Of a stretch of DNA of 64,000 nucleotides, positions 30,168 through 39,210 are shown piece by piece. The stretch spans positions 41,366 to 105,365 of the forward strand of contig JAPLHP010000036.1 in assembly GCA_026389585.1 (NCBI GenBank), in the 5' to 3' direction. Position numbers and translations under genes: made by a program. Positions within the stretch are counted from its first letter, which is position 1. Every line of letters starts with the position of its first letter. The notes under the pieces are model-generated. The model was not told the DNA's origin. It ran no database searches and saw nothing but the letters and a program-made list of their open reading frames with translations. This stretch comes from Chloroflexota bacterium (GTDB lineage: Bacteria; Chloroflexota; Dehalococcoidia; UBA2247; RBG-13-53-26).

Positions 30168-30194
30168 ACGGGGGTCACTTGAGGTGGCCCCCGT
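30168..30194 (+). terminator. stem-loop after small zinc-ribbon gene (possible terminator, no U-tract)
   Basis: ACGGGGGTCAC-ttgag-GTGGCCCCCGT inverted repeat 11 nt after the stop codon. Confidence 0.35.
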
Positions 30195-30359
30195 ACTTCA
30201 CCTGCCACCATAGCCTGCTTGGCGGCCTCTATAGGCGTTGCGGAAAGCCTCATGGCTGTCCCTGGCTGTAGAACGAGGGCTCTCGCATAGAGCACACCCC
30301 TCGTTTTTCTGGTCTGTGCGCTGTAGAATGCAGACACTCTACTGGACGGGAGGTTATTC

Positions 30360-30542
30360 GTGAAGAATGTTCAGCTTTCCGTAGACGGCAACACCCTCAC
30401 TATCACGGTGGACTTGACCAAGGAGTTTGGGCCATCGTCCTCTGGTAAAACCATCATCATTGCCTCAACCGAAGGGAATTTCCCGCTGCTCGGGCGCACT
30501 GAAGTAATTGGCCTGAACGTCTATCGCAAGAAGCAGCGGTAA
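30360..30542 (+). CDS. 60-aa hypothetical protein (GTG start)
   Basis: Extended -10 TGTAGAAT at ~30332 and GGGAGG RBS 7 nt before GTG. Sequence MKNVQLSVDGNTLTITVDLTKEF... with no recognisable domain. Confidence 0.45.
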   Translation: MKNVQLSVDGNTLTITVDLTKEFGPSSSGKTIIIASTEGNFPLLGRTEVIGLNVYRKKQR

Positions 30543-30794
30543 TCCACGGATTGGGGTCTATTGCCCTCCAACACGGTTGGCCGCCCGTCACCGCTTCCTG
30601 GGATGTAGTTTGTCAGCACACCAATCTTCTATGATACTTATGCCGCATATACGTCATCTAAAACACAGGTCTACACCCTGCTAACCCTATTTCCGGTGCG
30701 CAGTATTGAAGATGGGTCCATACCAGTAACATGTGGGTTGAGGACAGATCAGAGTTCTACAAGACGCTGGTGGGGTGAGAGGACAAACAAGAAA

Positions 30795-30829
30795 GCCCAC
30801 CTGATGCAGGTGGGCCTCTGTTGCCTTAG
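30795..30829 (-). terminator. rho-independent terminator of sensor kinase/response regulator operon (hairpin is symmetric)
   Basis: GCCCACCTG-atg-CAGGTGGGC hairpin. On the minus strand it is followed by TTTCTTGTTTGT, just downstream of the kinase stop. Confidence 0.6.
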
Positions 30830-30909
30830 AAAGGGGGGTAACCTCTCATGAGCACCTTCAGTATAGCGGGCGAAGCTTAGGCCTGGATGGGAAAATGCTT
30901 ATAAGATGA

Positions 30910-32292
30910 TTAGAGTTTCAGCCAGATGGTGAATATGCTGCCTTCGCCTGGCTCACTGGTCACAGTAACCCTTCCCCCGTGCTGCTCAACAATTCCCTTG
31001 ACAATAGCCAGCCCCAGACCTGTCCCCCCGCTGGCTCTGGAGCGGGCCTTGTCGGCCCGATAGAAACGGTCGAAGATATGCGGCAGGTGCTCAGGAGATA
31101 TTCCTATTCCGGTATCAGCCACCTTCAAGAGCGCCCAATCACCGTTCTGAAACAGTGCCAGGGTGATGGTGCCTCCCTCCGGGGTATACCTGATGGCATT
31201 GTCTACCAGATTCCTCAAGACCTGCCCCAGTCTGTCTACATCTCCCTTTACCCACAGGTCCTCCTGACGTTCTATCACAATCCGCCGGTCTCCGGCCAGG
31301 TGCGTTGCCCGTTCCCCGGCATCAAGAAGCATTTCCTTCAGTGAGACCATTTCTTGCCGTTCTGACTGACCTGACTCAAGTTCGGCCAGAACGAGAAGGT
31401 TGCTCATTATCTTGGTCATTCTCGTTGTCTCTGCCTCAAGAGCCCTCACCGATTCCCGGCGGTCTTCCTCACTGAGGTTACGTTTCAGCAAATCCAGATT
31501 GCCCTGAATGACAGTCAGTGGACCTCTCAGCTCATGGGAAGCATCGGCCACGAAGTCCTTCTGAGATTGAAAGGCTCTATCCAGGCGCTCGATCATGTGG
31601 TCGAAGGTAGTGGCGAGTTGTCCAATCTCATCTGCCGGGCCGCGGTAGCCAACCCGGCGGCTGAGATCAGAGCTTGAGGAGATACCCTGAGCCGTGGTGG
31701 TGATACGTCTTACGGGAGAAAGCGCCCGGCGAACCAGAATCGCCCCCGATATCAATGCCAGTGTCAGAATCACCACCATACTAACCAAAACAGCCAGTCC
31801 GATACGTCCAATAGCGGCATCTGTGGAGGCCAGGGACTGCGCTACCTCCAGAACAAGAATCTGGTCCTTCAGATACAAAGGCGAAACCATAGTACGGATC
31901 CTGGTATTGCCAGAAGAAACCGTTTGAATAGCCTCCTGTCCACTCAATCCCGTTGCTATCAACGACGAGGCAGCTGGCAGCTCCTGATCCTGAAGGTTGT
32001 CCGATTTCACCACCACATTGCCATTGCTGTCTATAATCTGGACAAAAATCCCTGGAGAAACGATCTCATTTATGGGAGGCAAACTAGAGTGGATAACGTC
32101 GTAATCGAGAGGCCCGGTGGTTTCATCGGAGTGCAATGTACTGTGCACTTGTGTTGCATAGACCCTCAGGTTGCCATCTACCTGTGTAATAAGCCAGTTC
32201 TGCAGCGCGGCGTAGAAAAAAGCCCCGAAGAGCAGAATGATAACGCCCAGTATGAGGGTAAACCACAGAGTCAATCGCCAGCGAATTGACAT
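30910..32292 (-). CDS. sensor histidine kinase (TM-periplasmic-HAMP-HisKA-HATPase_c)
   Basis: 460 aa, H-box ASHELRGPLT, N/G boxes (DTGIGI, GGTGLGLAIV). Confidence 0.85.
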   Translation of the reverse strand: MSIRWRLTLWFTLILGVIILLFGAFFYAALQNWLITQVDGNLRVYATQVHSTLHSDETTGPLDYDVIHSSLPPINEIVSPGIFVQIIDSNGNVVVKSDNLQDQELPAASSLIATGLSGQEAIQTVSSGNTRIRTMVSPLYLKDQILVLEVAQSLASTDAAIGRIGLAVLVSMVVILTLALISGAILVRRALSPVRRITTTAQGISSSSDLSRRVGYRGPADEIGQLATTFDHMIERLDRAFQSQKDFVADASHELRGPLTVIQGNLDLLKRNLSEEDRRESVRALEAETTRMTKIMSNLLVLAELESGQSERQEMVSLKEMLLDAGERATHLAGDRRIVIERQEDLWVKGDVDRLGQVLRNLVDNAIRYTPEGGTITLALFQNGDWALLKVADTGIGISPEHLPHIFDRFYRADKARSRASGGTGLGLAIVKGIVEQHGGRVTVTSEPGEGSIFTIWLKL

Positions 32293-32296
32293 GCCC

Positions 32297-32962
32297 CTAT
32301 TCCTTTAGAACGTAGCCAACGCCGCGAACCGTATAAATCAACCTGGGCTGGCCTCCGGCCTCCAGTTTTGAACGCAGGTAGCGCATATAGACCTCTATGA
32401 CATTGGATTCGCCGCCAAAGTCATATCCCCACACCTTCTCATAGATCATGTCCCTCTTAAGCACCTGCCGCGGATGGCGCAGGAAAAGATCGAGCAGCTC
32501 GAACTCCTGGGCAGTAAGGTGTATCAAGTCATTTCCGCGCCTTACCTCTCTGGTGGCGGTGTTCAATGAAAGATCCATGAACCGAAGGACTTCTCCTTCT
32601 GTGGGCCGGCCGCGCCTGAGCAAAGCCCTTAACCTTGCCAGCAGTTCATCAAAGGCAAAAGGCTTGACCAGGTAGTCATCCGCGCCGCTGTCGAGCCCGG
32701 CCACCCTGTCAGTGACGGTGCTCTTCGCGGTAAGCATCAGGATGGGTATCTCACCTGCCTGACGGAGTCGCTTGCTCACTTCTATGCCATCAATCCCGGG
32801 CATCATGACATCCAGGATGACAAGGTCAGGTTCTCTCTCAAGGACTTTGGCTAACGCCTCGGTACCGTCACCGGCTGTGTCGACGGTATAGCCCTCGTAC
32901 GTCAGGCCCCGTCTGAGGAAGCTCACGATTTCAGGATCGTCGTCGACAACTAGAATACGCAT
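32297..32962 (-). CDS. OmpR-family response regulator
   Basis: Start at [13 protein letters not shown]. Receiver domain plus winged-helix trans_reg_C ([10 protein letters not shown]). Confidence 0.85.
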   Translation of the reverse strand: MRILVVDDDPEIVSFLRRGLTYEGYTVDTAGDGTEALAKVLEREPDLVILDVMMPGIDGIEVSKRLRQAGEIPILMLTAKSTVTDRVAGLDSGADDYLVKPFAFDELLARLRALLRRGRPTEGEVLRFMDLSLNTATREVRRGNDLIHLTAQEFELLDLFLRHPRQVLKRDMIYEKVWGYDFGGESNVIEVYMRYLRSKLEAGGQPRLIYTVRGVGYVLKE

Positions 32963-33501
32963 GTTATCCCCCACGCTGACTGCGCATGTATTCTGTGCTC
33001 CGCCCCGTTGGGGGCAATGATAGACCACGGCAATATCCAGGTCAAACAACCTGCAATGGGCCACGCCCGGCATGCACGGTGCTGATGCAGAGGCTGGACA
33101 CAAAATGGCCTCGCAGGGACCACTCGAGGGGCATGAGCTTCCATCACATCCTCCATTTCCACAAGTCCCCGCCGGGATGATTGCTTTATAGACAAGAAGA
33201 AAGCCCAGCTTTTCGGATGGGCTTTTCTTATCTTAGAGTGGGGGGGGTGTCCTCTCTAAGACATCCTCAGTATAGGGAACGAAACTCCACCTTGCATTGG
33301 AAACAGATTAGAGAATGCTTAGAAAATGATTAGAAATTTTAGCTCACGAGGTCCGTCATGTTCAGGGATAGGGTGAAGGCGGGTATCCCTGCTTGTCTAT
33401 GAGGGGTTACCTGACAGAATGGCATCACCTATTTGCCAACTTGACAGACAGGACGATGTTATTCATACTATGGTATGAAACTGGTATGAAGAGGTGATGT
33501 C

Positions 33502-33759
33502 ATGTCCAAGACAACCAAGATTGCCATCAGCCTTCCGGAGGAATTGCTCGATGCTGTGGAGAGAGAGAGAGAGGAAAGCGGTGAGAGCCGCAGCCAGTTC
33601 TTCCGCCGTGCCGTAGAGATAATACTCCGTCATCGGCGGGAGCAGGAAATGAGCGAGCAGTACATCCGCGCCTACCAACAGGCACCTGAAACCAGAGAAG
33701 AGGTTACAGCCGCACGTCGATCCGCCAGTAGCATTCTGGGTGAGGAGCCCTGGCAGTGA
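33502..33759 (+). CDS. mazE: ribbon-helix-helix antitoxin (MazE/CopG-like)
   Basis: 85 aa, IAISLPEELLDAVEREREESGESRSQFFRRAVE RHH fold. Stop overlaps the mazF start. Confidence 0.7.
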   Translation: MSKTTKIAISLPEELLDAVEREREESGESRSQFFRRAVEIILRHRREQEMSEQYIRAYQQAPETREEVTAARRSASSILGEEPWQ

Positions 33760-34070
33760 GAAGAGGTGAGATATGGTGGGCAGAACTGGAACCGCCGGCC
33801 GGGCGGCGGCCCGTGGTGCTCCTGTCCCGTGATGAAGCATATGTCGTTCGCTCTCTGGTTATTGTGGCGCCAATCACTACCCGCATCCGCTACATACCTT
33901 CCGAAGTGCTTTTGGGAGTTGGTGATGGGATGCCCCAGGAATGTGCAGCCAATCTGGATACCATTACCACTATCCCCAAAGACTGCCTCCGTAGCCGGCT
34001 GGCCACCATAAGTGTGAAGAGGCTGAAGGAGATTGAGGCGGCTATTCACTTCGCTCTTGGTCTGGAATAG
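33756..34070 (+). CDS. mazF: MazF/PemK-family endoribonuclease toxin
   Basis: MRRGEIWWAELEPPAGRRPVVLLSRDEAY...ANLDTITTIPKDCL typical of PemK/MazF. Confidence 0.8.
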   Translation: MRRGEIWWAELEPPAGRRPVVLLSRDEAYVVRSLVIVAPITTRIRYIPSEVLLGVGDGMPQECAANLDTITTIPKDCLRSRLATISVKRLKEIEAAIHFALGLE

Positions 34071-34075
34071 GTGAA

Positions 34076-34131
34076 GGGGGGCAGACACAGCTTCCGCTGG
34101 GGAAGGCCATCCTTCAGCCAACCGACGCAGC
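34076..34131 (+). repeat. 52-bp direct repeat R1 (left boundary of HEPN-like/NTase cassette)
   Basis: GGGGGCAGACACAGCTTCCGCTGGGGAAGGCCATCCTTCAGCCAACCGACGCAG is ~90% identical to 35463-35518. Confidence 0.7.
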
Positions 34132-34169
34132 GTGCTGCTGCCGTCGATGATATCATGAGTGGGCACTGG

Positions 34170-34493
34170 TCACTCCTTCAGAAGCTCCGGGTGATTCTGA
34201 CGCAGCCATCTTTCCACAGACTGACGGAGGGTCTTGGCCAGACCTAGCATCTCCCCTACTTCTTGTTCAGAAACCATACCGATCATCTCATAATCACTGA
34301 TATTGCGTTTCTTGCGAAGCTTATCCAGTTTCTCAATTGTTGCACCATCGAGATGCATGGTGAAGGCCAGGGACTGGATAGTCCAGTAATGGTGACCTTC
34401 TTGTGGTGCCCTGTAGCCGCTGGCAGCCAGAGCCGCCGTAGCAGACTGGAGGGCAGCGTTATACGCGGTAGCAAACCTCCTGTCTGCGCTCAA
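34170..34493 (-). CDS. HEPN-like / NTase-partner small protein (putative toxin of MNT-HEPN-type pair; motif degenerate)
   Basis: 107 aa all-helical. RKKRNISDY resembles but does not exactly match the HEPN Rx4-6H motif. Sits downstream of the nucleotidyltransferase gene in the classic MNT-HEPN order. Confidence 0.4.
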   Translation of the reverse strand: MSADRRFATAYNAALQSATAALAASGYRAPQEGHHYWTIQSLAFTMHLDGATIEKLDKLRKKRNISDYEMIGMVSEQEVGEMLGLAKTLRQSVERWLRQNHPELLKE

Positions 34494-34565
34494 GTCGTGT
34501 ATCTGGGCATCCGCCAGATCGCGATCAGCTACCGCCAGAGTCGGACGATCTCGCGACTACCTGTT

Positions 34566-35198
34566 TTATGTGTTCTTAACCGCCCGTTTTTCAACCAGTC
34601 TTGCAAGCTCACCTTCATCACCTATGAGAAAAATCTTATCACCCTCGAGTACTATCTTCAGGAAGTGATGGTTCTCCCGCATTTTCTGCTTGAATTCGGA
34701 GGTAGGGTAGACAACCGGATTTACCTCTCTTCCCAGCGTCTTTTGAGACGGACTGATGAGTGAGACGATTTCCGAAAAGGTTGTCTTGCCTATTACCATC
34801 ATATCTATATCACTTGTTCTTTGTTCCGCTCCGCTGGCGATGGAACCGAAGATAAAGGCAACCTGTATCTTTCGCGCCGCCGGTCCTAAACTTTGCCGTA
34901 GCACGTCCGCCACTCCGAACGTCTTGGTTACAATACTCTTAAGCTCTGCGTAAATGGGACAACTCTTGTTTGCCCGGTAATAAACTTGCCTTCCCTGCAC
35001 CTCGCGGCTGATGATGCCGGTGTCCGTCAGGTTTTTCAGCTCCCGCTGTACCGTTCCGCGACCAGTTTTAACGGCATCCAGTATTTGTTTCGTATAGAAG
35101 GAGCTATCTGTTTGGCCGTAAAGAAATGCCAGGACTGCCTGCCGGGTTTTGCCGAAAAGGCCGCTGCATAATGAACTATCAGTCATATTCTTACCCAT
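34566..35198 (-). CDS. winged-HTH + minimal nucleotidyltransferase (MNT) fusion protein
   Basis: N-terminal ArsR-like wHTH (GKTRQAVLAFLY...GTVQRELKNLTDTGII), then NTase motif FGSIASG...SDIDMMV. Confidence 0.7.
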   Translation of the reverse strand: MGKNMTDSSLCSGLFGKTRQAVLAFLYGQTDSSFYTKQILDAVKTGRGTVQRELKNLTDTGIISREVQGRQVYYRANKSCPIYAELKSIVTKTFGVADVLRQSLGPAARKIQVAFIFGSIASGAEQRTSDIDMMVIGKTTFSEIVSLISPSQKTLGREVNPVVYPTSEFKQKMRENHHFLKIVLEGDKIFLIGDEGELARLVEKRAVKNT

Positions 35199-35245
35199 TC
35201 AGGGTATTATCTTACCCATTTTGGGTAACAAGGTCAAGTATTAGA
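35199..35245 (-). promoter_or_regulatory. promoter/operator of MNT operon
   Basis: Minus-strand TTGACC-17-TAAGAT with palindrome TTACCCAAAATGGGTAA between the -35 and -10. GGGTAAG repeated at the start codon. Confidence 0.5.
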
Positions 35246-35462
35246 CACCCCCTGCTTTTTTCAGCCGCGCCGATGTAGGACTTCCCCAGGCCTACCACAT
35301 CAGCAATGAAGGCTCCGCCAGGCTGGTATCGGGGCCATCCTGGCCATGGATGATAGGAGCCTGAAAGCCCGGTTGAGGCAGGCAAACGCCCTGGGACTGC
35401 CTCAGGCTATCATTTTGGCAAAGAAGAGGTAAGATCAGGCAGCGATACTGAGAGGCATGGGG

Positions 35463-35518
35463 AGGGGGCAGACATAGCTTCCGCTGGAAAAGGACATCCT
35501 TCAGCTAACCGACGCAGG
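35463..35518 (+). repeat. 52-bp direct repeat R2 (right boundary of HEPN-like/NTase cassette)
   Basis: GGGGGCAGACATAGCTTCCGCTGGAAAAGGACATCCTTCAGCTAACCGACGCAG. Confidence 0.7.
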
Positions 35519-35879
35519 ATGATGAGCAAACTCGGATTTCGCACCATGTGAATAGGCTAAAACTGAGTCCGGTCCGCGATAGTGAGCCACGCGGTTCAAT
35601 ATATAGAACTCCAGAACTGACCTTCAAGGCCGCTTTCGCTTTCCCCCTGAAGGCTCGGGCATTGTCCCAACGATATGCCTCCAGATAACAGAGCAAGCCC
35701 AGAGGCTTTGCCGCTTTCCTGGTGGAGACGGGGAAGAGTCGAAATCACATCTTCAATATTTGCAGCGGGGCTCTATCCCGTATGTGTCTAGTCGGACCTC
35801 ATCCAGATGGATCATACATTTCAAGCTTCTGTGTGATGCAACAATCTGGACTTTTGTTACCGCCTCTATTAAGTTCCAC

Positions 35880-36077
35880 ATCTCAGCCACCAACTGCCTT
35901 CTGAATGGTGGTGACGTGCTCTCTTTGCAGCAGATACTCGGGCACTCAAGCCTGGAGATGGTGCGGAGGTATGTGACGTTAGCGTCAGCCCGGGTCATGG
36001 TGCAACACAGGAAGTTCTCGCCGATGGACAGAATGAATCTTGGCAGAATGTGGCTGACTCGAGTGCCTCGCAACTAG
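35880..36077 (+). pseudogene. tyrosine recombinase/integrase C-terminal remnant
   Basis: LLNGGDVLSLQQILGHSSLEMVRRYVTLA matches the integrase C-terminal LGHsss.tT..Y.H region with catalytic Tyr. Upstream catalytic R/H boxes are degraded; only ~65 codons remain. Confidence 0.65.
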
Positions 36078-36952
36078 GGCAGGGACGCACGCAGAGCGGC
36101 AATGATTCGTTCTCCCTTGTTGGGGTCTTCACCAGCCGCACGCTTCTTGGCGACATATTCTTCGAGAATGCCCAGCGCTGCAACGTTTGAAACGTAGCGG
36201 AACAGGCCCGTTGCCCAAGCTGTCGAGCCTGGATTATGTGGATTCGTGTGATATTTCCAGAAATCGATCTCGTATCCTAGCATATCGTCCAGTGCACTGC
36301 TCTTGTCTCCAAAGATCTTGGTTTCTCTGCCAGGGTCTTCAACAAGCTTGGTGATTGCGAAAGCGCCCACCACAAAGCGGTCTCTGCGGTCTGGAGGCTC
36401 GGTGGTGAGAAGGGCTATCTTGCCTACTCTCGCGCCCCTGATCTTTCTGGGGCGGATCATCGTGCCATGTTCATCGGAGTCCCATCCCGCTGCGAAGTAG
36501 AAATCAATCAACGCTGTCGACTCATAGCATGGACTCCGTAGAGCTAGGTCCTGACCAACAAAATCTCTGCATCTGCTGAGTAGGCAGTACGGTCCTCCGA
36601 ATCTTAAATTGTGGACGTATGCTTTGTCACTGCATATGCCCTTGTATCCCTTATCATTCCAGTTGCACTTGAAGGCAATATTGCCATCCTCTTTCTTGCC
36701 AACTTCGCGGCGCTGCAATCCATCCTCGATTTCTCGCGCCAGAGTCTCGATCCTACAGCGCCGGTTCTCAACTATTGTCCGATGTATCTCATTACTGGGA
36801 TTGGCTGCTTCCTGGAGGCGTTGGAACGTCTCCTCCGCCGTTGAAAGGTGTTCTGCTGCCTGTTGGTAGACGAGACCATGGATCAGAGCCCCAATGTTGT
36901 TTAGTTGCTGATCCAGGGACTCGCGGATAGTGCGTAGATCGTCATTGCCCAT
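36074..36952 (-). CDS. hypothetical cysteine-rich protein, last gene of defense operon
   Basis: Start at MGNDDLRTIRESL overlaps the GmrSD stop. Cys cluster CNWNDKGYKGICSDKAYVHNLRFGGPYCLLSRC. No domain recognisable by eye. Confidence 0.45.
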   Translation of the reverse strand: MGNDDLRTIRESLDQQLNNIGALIHGLVYQQAAEHLSTAEETFQRLQEAANPSNEIHRTIVENRRCRIETLAREIEDGLQRREVGKKEDGNIAFKCNWNDKGYKGICSDKAYVHNLRFGGPYCLLSRCRDFVGQDLALRSPCYESTALIDFYFAAGWDSDEHGTMIRPRKIRGARVGKIALLTTEPPDRRDRFVVGAFAITKLVEDPGRETKIFGDKSSALDDMLGYEIDFWKYHTNPHNPGSTAWATGLFRYVSNVAALGILEEYVAKKRAAGEDPNKGERIIAALRASLP

Positions 36953-38858
36953 TAGTTCGTTCCGGATATGCCCACAACCTAACCGCCAAGTCGGCCAGTC
37001 TCTCGCTACGCGTCCTGATCGTAGTCTCGTTCCACACATCGTCATCGGAAAACTGCTGAAAATAGGAGTTGAGGATCAGCAGGCTCTGTTTTGTGATTTC
37101 CGCGCGCTTTGCCCTGAAGGGGCCGTTGCTGACTTCAGAATTGAGCGGTTGGGTCAGCAGTGTCAGGTTGCCGAGGCTGTGAATGGAAGACCAACGCCTC
37201 GATTCCATCTCCTTTTTTTCAGCCGCCTGATGTTCTGGGTAGGGCCATTCTTCTGGCTTGAACTTCTGGGGCATTATGTGCTCAATCGTCAGATTGTTGT
37301 TGATCGGCACAGGTGAAAGCTGCGATTCCTGACTTGGGGTCCGGTTGGCCAATTCGAGGGCAGTGAGAACCATGCGCATCCTCTTGGGGCCGAGGGAATC
37401 GTACAACGGTTCGTACATAAGGCTCTTTAGGAACGCCTCGTTGCCTGGCCAAACAGAGCTATCCCCCTCCAATGAAAGCAATTCGCGACGCACAGACACA
37501 TGACTCGGCATTCCTTCTCTGCTCAGCTTGGTAAGAAGACCAAGAAAAATGCGGTTGTAATTCTTGGGCGTCAGCCTGCATATGGCCCTTCGAACAATGT
37601 AGGACTCAATGTCAGCCAGTATGCGGGCAAACTCCTCTGCTGCTATCTGGTCTCGGTCTTCACACAGCCAGAGCATGAACGGGTAGACGGTTGTCGTGTC
37701 CAGTGCCCGAAGTCTCTGGGCCAGTATTCCTAGCCGACTGGTGTCATCTGCCTCCAGAAGTGAGCGGAATACTGAGCTCGACCGCTTGGCTGTTTCCAGC
37801 TCCAGTTCTAGGGAGCGCTCGGTCAACTCACCGTCCCACCACTCTTTGAATTCCTGGTAAAGATGTCCCATCTTGATCTCGTGACCTGCACGATACGTGA
37901 GATAGTGAAAGAAGAACAAGTCCAGCCGACTGCGGAACAACCTCCCTTGCCTTTCCTTTTCCTTCCAGAACTTGCCTGTCGACCCACCCGCTTCGTCATA
38001 ATCCTTCCACCATTGGTTGTATAGGGCATTCACATCCTTGTTCTGCCTACTGGCATACAGGAAGATGAAGTTCCTGATCAAGTCGGAGGGTTCGAGTGGG
38101 ACACCTCTATAGTTGAGGGTCTCGAATATCACCTGTGGATCGTCCTCCACGTCAAGTTGTATCTCGACGATTTGCACATAACGCATTACCGCTTCAAAGA
38201 GTAAGTTAGCGAGTTCTCTCATCGACTCTTGGCTAGACGTTTGGCTCGGTAGCGCCTCCTCCTCATCAATGCCACTTAGGAATCTCTTGATGACATCGTG
38301 GAAGTAGAAATAGGCTTCGACCAAGGCCGGGCGCGGGGGAACTAGCTTCTTCCGATGGAGCTTCTGCGGATATTTGGCTGCAAGTGCTTCGGCGGATCCT
38401 GCCTTCATCACATTCTTGACATCTTCTTGATAGGCATTCGTGGGCCACACCTTGAATTGCTCATCGGCGTTGTAGAATGGGCCGGGATTACCAGTTAGGC
38501 GGCCGAGCTGCATCTTGAGGTAGTCATCGCCCGACTCGACCACTGCATCTCTAAAGGCAGCCAGGAAGACTTGTAGGGTGAGCAATCGCTGTTGCCCATC
38601 TATGATTTCAGAAGCAGGCATTTGCCTGATCACGGTGGGCACCTGGCTCAGAACAATGGCACCAAGGAAATGCTTGCGAATTGTGTTCCTTGAAGCTCCC
38701 TTATGAACCTGCACCAACCTGGCCTGTTCCGCTATGTCACCCCAAAGCGGTTGCCATTGCTGGTCTTGTGTCCAAACATACCCACGCTGAAAAATCGGCA
38801 CCAGGTAGCGCCGCTGCCTTTCAAATAGATCGAATACGGTGATCTTATCTGTCTTCAT
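36942..38858 (-). CDS. GmrSD-family type IV (modification-dependent) restriction endonuclease, DUF262 + DUF1524
   Basis: 638 aa. N-terminal ParB-like DUF262 with IIDGQQRL motif. C-terminal HNH-like DUF1524 (NNNLTIEHIMPQK...NLTLLTQPLN). Confidence 0.8.
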   Translation of the reverse strand: MKTDKITVFDLFERQRRYLVPIFQRGYVWTQDQQWQPLWGDIAEQARLVQVHKGASRNTIRKHFLGAIVLSQVPTVIRQMPASEIIDGQQRLLTLQVFLAAFRDAVVESGDDYLKMQLGRLTGNPGPFYNADEQFKVWPTNAYQEDVKNVMKAGSAEALAAKYPQKLHRKKLVPPRPALVEAYFYFHDVIKRFLSGIDEEEALPSQTSSQESMRELANLLFEAVMRYVQIVEIQLDVEDDPQVIFETLNYRGVPLEPSDLIRNFIFLYASRQNKDVNALYNQWWKDYDEAGGSTGKFWKEKERQGRLFRSRLDLFFFHYLTYRAGHEIKMGHLYQEFKEWWDGELTERSLELELETAKRSSSVFRSLLEADDTSRLGILAQRLRALDTTTVYPFMLWLCEDRDQIAAEEFARILADIESYIVRRAICRLTPKNYNRIFLGLLTKLSREGMPSHVSVRRELLSLEGDSSVWPGNEAFLKSLMYEPLYDSLGPKRMRMVLTALELANRTPSQESQLSPVPINNNLTIEHIMPQKFKPEEWPYPEHQAAEKKEMESRRWSSIHSLGNLTLLTQPLNSEVSNGPFRAKRAEITKQSLLILNSYFQQFSDDDVWNETTIRTRSERLADLAVRLWAYPERTNGQ

Positions 38859-38910
38859 GAGTCATACACCAAGAAAATACTATGCAGAGAACAGCGTCGG
38901 CTGAGCCCGT

Positions 38911-39084
38911 CTACTTGCGCTTCGGAATCGTGTACGTTCCCTTTGCACCTTGATAGACGTTGAACTTCGACTTGCAGCTTTCGCACTCATAGCGCTTAAC
39001 ATCAGAGCTCCCGTACTTCCACGACCGAATGGGCTTGGTCGAGACAGGTCGACTACATATGGGGCAGTTTGTTGCAGTTACCAT
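38911..39084 (-). CDS. 57-aa zinc-ribbon protein inside the defense operon
   Basis: MVTATNCPICSRPVSTKPIRSWKYGSSDVKRYECESCKSKFNVYQGAKGTYTIPKRK. AAGGAGG RBS 7 nt upstream of the ATG. Below the ORF-table cutoff. Confidence 0.55.
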   Translation of the reverse strand: MVTATNCPICSRPVSTKPIRSWKYGSSDVKRYECESCKSKFNVYQGAKGTYTIPKRK

Positions 39085-39210
39085 ACAGACACCTCCTTGC
39101 CTGGTCCCTTATGGGTTGTCTACGTGACATATGGATGTATATTACTCTTCCTAAGAACAATTCTGCCAGTACCGCTCTGTAGGCCCGGATCGCGTTCTTG
39201 AATTCACTCG

